Shown piece after piece: positions 46,541 to 50,898 of a DNA stretch of 50,898 nt. A program made the position numbers and the translations under genes. Below the pieces are notes generated by a model. The model did no database searches. It was not told the DNA's origin and was given only the letters and a program-made list of their open reading frames with translations. Origin of the DNA: Thermoproteota archaeon (GTDB lineage: Archaea > Korarchaeota > Korarchaeia > Korarchaeales > Korarchaeaceae); the NCBI GenBank assembly GCA_027491415.1, contig JAOZFH010000032.1, positions 1-50,898 of the forward strand, written 5' to 3'. Each line of letters begins with the position of its first letter. Within the stretch, counting starts at the first letter, position 1.

Positions 46541-47680
46541 ATGTCGAGCGGGAACCCGAGACTCCTCGTCCTCGGAACCTGATTCGCCGGCCTGGGCGTT
46601 CTAAGGTGGCTGATACATAGAGACCTCCTGGACAGGCTGGAAGTGATCTTCGTATCGGCCTCCGGCTCCTTTGAGTACCTGCCATCCGCTCCGGAGCTTG
46701 TATCCGACAAGGTGAACCCAGAGGAGATACGGCGGGACGTCTCTCCTGCCCTAAAGTCCCACGGCGCGGACCTGATAAGGGCGAGGGTGGCAGAGCTCCG
46801 GCTGGAGGAGAAGAAGGTTACGCTGGATACGGGTGAGATTCTGGACTACGACTACCTGGCGGTCGGCATAGGGGCAAGGCCTTGGATGCCGCCGGGCGGA
46901 CTCCCCAGCTCAGCTACCACCACTTACAGGGTGGACGACACGATGAGATTCCGCCAGCTCCTGAGCAAAGCCTCGGGAGGGACGGTATTGGTAGTGGGCG
47001 CCGGCCTGACGGGTGTCGAAGTGGCGGGAGAGGTCGTGGACCTGAGCGAGAGGCTTGGCGCCGGCTTCAGGGTCACGATAGTGGAGAAGCTAGAGAGGGC
47101 CGCCCCCTGCATGGGGAACGCGAGGGCGGGAGAGCTGGCCAAGTTCTTCTTGGAGTCTAGGGGCGTTGGGTTCATCCTCGGAAAGGGCGTGGAGAGGGTG
47201 GAGGAGGGTAAAGCAATCCTCGAGGGTGGAGAGGAGTTGGAGTTCGAGGCCGCAGCCTGGACCGCCGGTGTCGTGCCGCCCGAGCCGGTCGAGCGCCTGC
47301 CGAGGAAGTACAAGAGGGGCCGATTCATGGCCGTGGATGAGCACATGAGGGTTATCGGGGCCCAGGGCGCCTATGCGGCCGGGGACTGCGTGCACCTCGA
47401 GGTGGGTGGGAAGTGGGCCGCCAAGATGGCTGAGGAGGCCATGTTTCAGGGGGAGACTATAGCAGAGAACATCTGGAGGGATCTGAAGGGTCTGCCACCC
47501 AGGATCCATAAGATAAGGTTCTCAGTTCAGTCTCCCAGGTGCCTCGTCTCGCTGGGAGCTGGCCGGGCCGTCCTGGCCTACGGGAAGAGAATTGCCCTTC
47601 TGGGCCGCTTCCCGTACGTGGTCAAGAAGAGGATCGAGAGGAAGTTCATGGCAGAGCTGGACGAGCTCCTCGGCCACTGA
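46541..47680 (+). CDS. NDH-2/SQR-family FAD oxidoreductase; in-frame TGA at codon 14 (46580-46582)
   Basis: MSSGNPRLLVLGT*FAGLG continues in frame into ORF 46643; YDYLAVGIG, VGAGLTGVEVAGE, AAGDC. Confidence 0.85.
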
Positions 47681-47773
47681 TCTGAGTCACCAGCGCAGGA
47701 CAGGCCGAGTTGATCTGGTCGGCGGTCCAGTGGATCGCGAGAGCGTTAAATTCAACGCCCCGTCGGGAGGCCG

Positions 47774-48289
47774 GTGTCCGGCAGACCCTCCAAGGAGGAG
47801 TACTTTCTCCGCATAGCCGAGGTTGTGTTAGAGAGGTCCACGTGCCTCCTCCGCAAATATGGGGCCGTGATCGTGGTCGGGGACACGATAGTCTCCACGG
47901 GCTACAACGGCCCGGCCAGGGGAATGAAGCACTGCGACGAGTTTGGATTTTGCCTGAAGGAATTGGCCAACATGCCCAAGGGGACCGGATACGACTTCTG
48001 CCCGGCCGTACATGCCGAGGAGAACGCCATAATCAATGCGGCCAGGAGCGGGGTGAGCTTGGTAGGCGGGACCCTCTACATCGCTGGTAGGGATGCCAGG
48101 ACCGGCGAACTCACGGAGGCCATGCCCTGCGAGAGGTGTAGGAGGGCCATAATCAACGCCGGGATAACGTCGGTGGTCATCAGGACCTCCGACGGCGAAC
48201 TGAGGAGGGTAGATCCTAGGTCGTGGGTGGCCGAGGAGGAGAGGAGGTATCTGGAGAAGGCCAGGATGTTGAGGGAGTCTCAAAGCTGA
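47774..48289 (+). CDS. dCMP deaminase family protein
   Basis: RSTC, STGYNG, VHAEENAI, PCERC. Confidence 0.92.
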   Translation: MSGRPSKEEYFLRIAEVVLERSTCLLRKYGAVIVVGDTIVSTGYNGPARGMKHCDEFGFCLKELANMPKGTGYDFCPAVHAEENAIINAARSGVSLVGGTLYIAGRDARTGELTEAMPCERCRRAIINAGITSVVIRTSDGELRRVDPRSWVAEEERRYLEKARMLRESQS

Positions 48290-48321
48290 GAGAAGCCAGG
48301 TGGGCGCTCGGACGTTGCCCG

Positions 48322-49233
48322 CTACTGGCCCAGTGACTTGAGTATCCCTCTCACCACATCCTCCTCGAGCATTCCAACCCTTGGGAGCCTCCTGAGGACC
48401 TCTACCCACCTACCCTCGGCCTTGAACACCCTCTCGAATATTGGTAGGGACTCCTTGATCCTCCCAGAGCTGGCAAGGGTCACGGCCCGCCAGAACGGCA
48501 GCTCCACAATCTCTGGGGCCAGCGCGGCCGCCTTCTCGTACTCGCCAAGGGCCTCCTCGACCTTCCCCTCAGCCATGAGCTCGTCGCCCCTGTTGGAGTG
48601 AGCGTAGGCCTCGTGAAGCCTGAGGAGCCTCCTGAGCTCTTCCAGAGGCTTCGGATGGTCTTCGACCCTCAGGTCGACGAGCACCTCACCCCACGGCCTC
48701 CCGCTCAGCCTGCCCGACACTACGAGGATGGCGGCCGACTGCATTCCCCTGATGTCTCCTCCCGCCTTCTCGGCCGCCTCCAGAGCCGCCAGGAGCCTGT
48801 GGGCCAGGTTTCCCTCCGCAGACTCGTACGCATCCGCCATGGATGGCCAGACATCAGACGTGCTCATGAGGTTGGCCTGGGCGCTGAAGCCATCTCCGAC
48901 GACGTGCCCGGCCTCGGGTATGCACAGCTCCCCGGTGTGAACCGCCACCCGACCTGAGGAGTCTACGAACGCCACCTGCCTGTACTCTCTCTTGGGATCC
49001 ACCTCCAGCAGAGCCCTGAGTGCCTCGTCCGCGCTTTTCCCGGCCCTCATCAGGGCGAGCCCCAGTGGGCCGTACGAGGGCTCCGCGAACGACTGGGTTA
49101 CTACCGCGCCAACGCCCGCCTCGGCCCAGGGGACCACGCTTCCCACCGAGAACCAGTGGGACTGGACGGCCACCCCCAGCTGGCCAGTCTCGGGATCGCG
49201 GGCCACTATCGAGTACGTAGCCACTGGCCGCAT
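48322..49233 (-). CDS. DUF1028 family protein with C-terminal TPR
   Basis: TYSIVARD..TGQLGVAVQS, GGDIRGMQSAA, DLRVEDH..P; TPR-like tail. Confidence 0.88.
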   Translation of the reverse strand: MRPVATYSIVARDPETGQLGVAVQSHWFSVGSVVPWAEAGVGAVVTQSFAEPSYGPLGLALMRAGKSADEALRALLEVDPKREYRQVAFVDSSGRVAVHTGELCIPEAGHVVGDGFSAQANLMSTSDVWPSMADAYESAEGNLAHRLLAALEAAEKAGGDIRGMQSAAILVVSGRLSGRPWGEVLVDLRVEDHPKPLEELRRLLRLHEAYAHSNRGDELMAEGKVEEALGEYEKAAALAPEIVELPFWRAVTLASSGRIKESLPIFERVFKAEGRWVEVLRRLPRVGMLEEDVVRGILKSLGQ

Positions 49234-49436
49234 TCCGACCGTGGGCGGGAGAGATCTCCTAAAATGGTGCTGCGGGGTGAGGGCACCTCAGCCGCAGACT
49301 TCGCCCCCGAACTCAAGCGGGCGCGGCGTAAGATGAGGCACCCAGGCGATCTCAAGCTGCCTCCTTTCATGGGGAGGTTTTTCCGTGCCCAAAGATTCTC
49401 GGCAATAGATTTATCCCCCTGGCCTGGGGCTGGGGC

Positions 49437-50408
49437 GTGTCGAGGTTAGCGTTCGGTCCGGTCCCATCCAGGAGGTTGGGCAGATCCCTGGGGGTCAATA
49501 ACATCCCACCCAAGCACTGCACCTACTCCTGCGTGTATTGCCAGCTGGGCAAGACGCCTCACCTGGAGGCGAGGAGGAGGGAGTTCTACGATCCGGTCCT
49601 CATCGCAGAATCGGTAGCAAGGGCCCTCGACTCGCTGGAGGGGGGAGTGGACTACGTGACGTTCGTCCCTGACGGCGAGCCCACCCTCGACGAGAACCTC
49701 GGGAGGGCCATCAGGCTGATCAAGGCCCGGATGGACGTCAGGGTCGCGGTGATAACCAACGCCTCCCTTATGCACCTGCCAGAGGTCAGGTCGGACCTCT
49801 CCGAGGCCGATCTGGTGTCCGCTAAGGTCGATGCCGTCTCAGAGAGGGTCTGGAAGCTGATCAATCGGCCGCATCCTGACATCCCCCACCTTGAGAGGCT
49901 AGTGGGGCTGAGGGCATTCGCAGGAGAGTATTCAGGCCGCCTCATAACAGAGACCATGCTGGTGAGGGGCGTGAACGACTCGCTGGAGGAGCTGAAAGCT
50001 ATTGCAGAGTATTTGGCCTCACTAGATCCAGCAAGGGCGTACGTATCCATACCCACGAGGCCCCCTGCTGAGCGCTTCGTCAGGCCGCCGAGCGAGGAGA
50101 CCCTGACGGCGGCCCACGAGATCTTCGCCGACGTATTGGGGCCTGACAGAGTTGAGCTCCTCACGGGGCACGAGGGGCCCGACTTCGCCTCCCTGGGAGA
50201 CCCGATAGAGTCGCTCCTCGCGATAACCTCGGTCCACCCCATGAGGATCGAGTACGCCAGGGCCGTGCTGGAGAGGGGTGGGCTCGACCCCGATGAGACC
50301 CTCCGTGAGCTGCTGGCCAGGGGCGAGGTGAGGGTGGTGGAGTATAGAGGCGAGAGCTTCGTGCTGAGGACCTTGGGCAACTCCGAGGAGAGGATCGTGG
50401 AACCGTGA
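49437..50408 (+). CDS. Radical SAM protein
   Basis: FGPVPSRRLGRSLGVN, CTYSCVYC, DGEPTL. Confidence 0.92.
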   Translation: MSRLAFGPVPSRRLGRSLGVNNIPPKHCTYSCVYCQLGKTPHLEARRREFYDPVLIAESVARALDSLEGGVDYVTFVPDGEPTLDENLGRAIRLIKARMDVRVAVITNASLMHLPEVRSDLSEADLVSAKVDAVSERVWKLINRPHPDIPHLERLVGLRAFAGEYSGRLITETMLVRGVNDSLEELKAIAEYLASLDPARAYVSIPTRPPAERFVRPPSEETLTAAHEIFADVLGPDRVELLTGHEGPDFASLGDPIESLLAITSVHPMRIEYARAVLERGGLDPDETLRELLARGEVRVVEYRGESFVLRTLGNSEERIVEP

Positions 50409-50525
50409 GCCCTCTCCCCAGGTCTAACCGTCGGGCGAGACCGATGTCCCCTCCGCCCCGAGGGCCGCCCTCCGCGTGCGGCGACGGCGCCCTCTAGTTT
50501 AAATACTCGGGCTGTGAAGAGGCTC

Positions 50526-50595
50526 GGGAGGGCAACTCCGCCGAAAGGCGGAAGCGGTCTCACCTCGGGCAACTGAGGAATGGGGTCGCTCTCCC
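50526..50595 (+). ncRNA. Candidate structured ncRNA (three-way junction, two GNRA tetraloops)
   Basis: TTTAAATA at 50498-50505; GGGAG/CTCCC, TCCGCC-GAAA-GGCGGA, AGCGGTCTCA/TGGGGTCGCT enclosing CCTCGG-GCAA-CTGAGG. Confidence 0.55.
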
Positions 50596-50702
50596 ACCCT
50601 CAAGGGGTCTCATTCCAATGTACTCTGCGCCTGAACAGGCTTTGCGGCCCTTCCAAGCTTAACGGGACCGCATCAGGCGCCGAGACCCCTCGACCATCGC
50701 AT

Positions 50703-50898
50703 TCAGAAGTACAGGTCCAGAGAGAGGTGAGAGAGGGCCCCGAGGACCGCGCCTACGGTTGCGCAGAACTCCGGGGTCAGGGGACCGCCGGGCCAAGAGG
50801 AGGCCCAGATCGCCTGGACCTCCTCCAGAGGGGACGTCAACAGGAGGTGGAGGCCGCTCAAGTCGAGCGGCCCCGACACCTCGCCTTCTAGCGCCCAG
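50703..50898 (-). CDS. 3' end of a probable membrane-bound metal-dependent hydrolase (partial)
   Basis: Manual translation ends ...ATVGAVLGALSHLSLDLYF*, resembling the SHxxLD motif of YdjM-like proteins. Confidence 0.5.
   Translation of the reverse strand, partial: WALEGEVSGPLDLSGLHLLLTSPLEEVQAIWASSWPGGPLTPEFCATVGAVLGALSHLSLDLYF

Noticed and set aside
46580-46582. Selenocysteine at the in-frame TGA
   Set aside because: The position is a structural Gly of GxGxxG, not a Cys-equivalent, and no SECIS was recognised.
49270-49380. Hairpins between the DUF1028 and radical SAM genes
   Set aside because: Short GC-rich stems are expected by chance at this composition; no recognisable motif.
50526-50693. 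Hammerhead, HDV-like or twister ribozyme, RNase P RNA or SRP RNA
   Set aside because: Only short look-alike fragments (CTGATG, GGGCAAC, GGAA loop); conserved cores and pseudoknots could not be built.
50580-50891. 103-aa plus-strand ORF
   Set aside because: Antisense to a more plausible minus-strand CDS, runs through a hairpin, and has no motif.
1-50898. Genome-wide stop-codon reassignment (TGA=Gly or TAG=Pyl/Glu)
   Set aside because: Many conserved genes end on TGA or TAG at their expected C-termini, often overlapping the next start codon.

Overview
GC-rich archaeal chromosome segment, mostly core genes. Two FtsZ, SepF, Hef, an RPA32-like protein and an intron-containing tRNA-Ile(UAU) together suggest a Korarchaeota-like lineage (inference, not a classification). 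Core content: ftsZ1-secE-spt5-rpl11-rpl1; two divergent GPT/MraY-family transferases plus DUF354; glycine cleavage P1/P2/H; cdrS-like RHH + ftsZ2; radB-like, carS, RadA-like, hef; aIF1A-RIO1-KH-top6B-top6A with aIF2beta and RPA; PIN-rpo7-spt4-rps24e-rps27ae; hemK, ksgA, rtcB, FKBP PPIase, proteasome beta, aCPSF1, sepF, Sm, rpl37e; seven CCA-encoding tRNA genes, four with introns. Best candidate for an undescribed system is 34.8-43.8 kb: a compact Tad/Flp-like pilus operon (MinD/TadZ-like ATPase, Flp-like pilin, TadA, separate TadB and TadC, short TadV-like peptidase) convergent with an operon of pilin-like membrane proteins that ends in a TFB paralogue. Also notable: four in-frame stops in three genes (rpl1, TFB paralogue, NDH-2/SQR-like), each one G>T change from Glu/Gly, and a promoter-led structured RNA candidate at about 50.5 kb. 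All calls are by eye; no searches were run.
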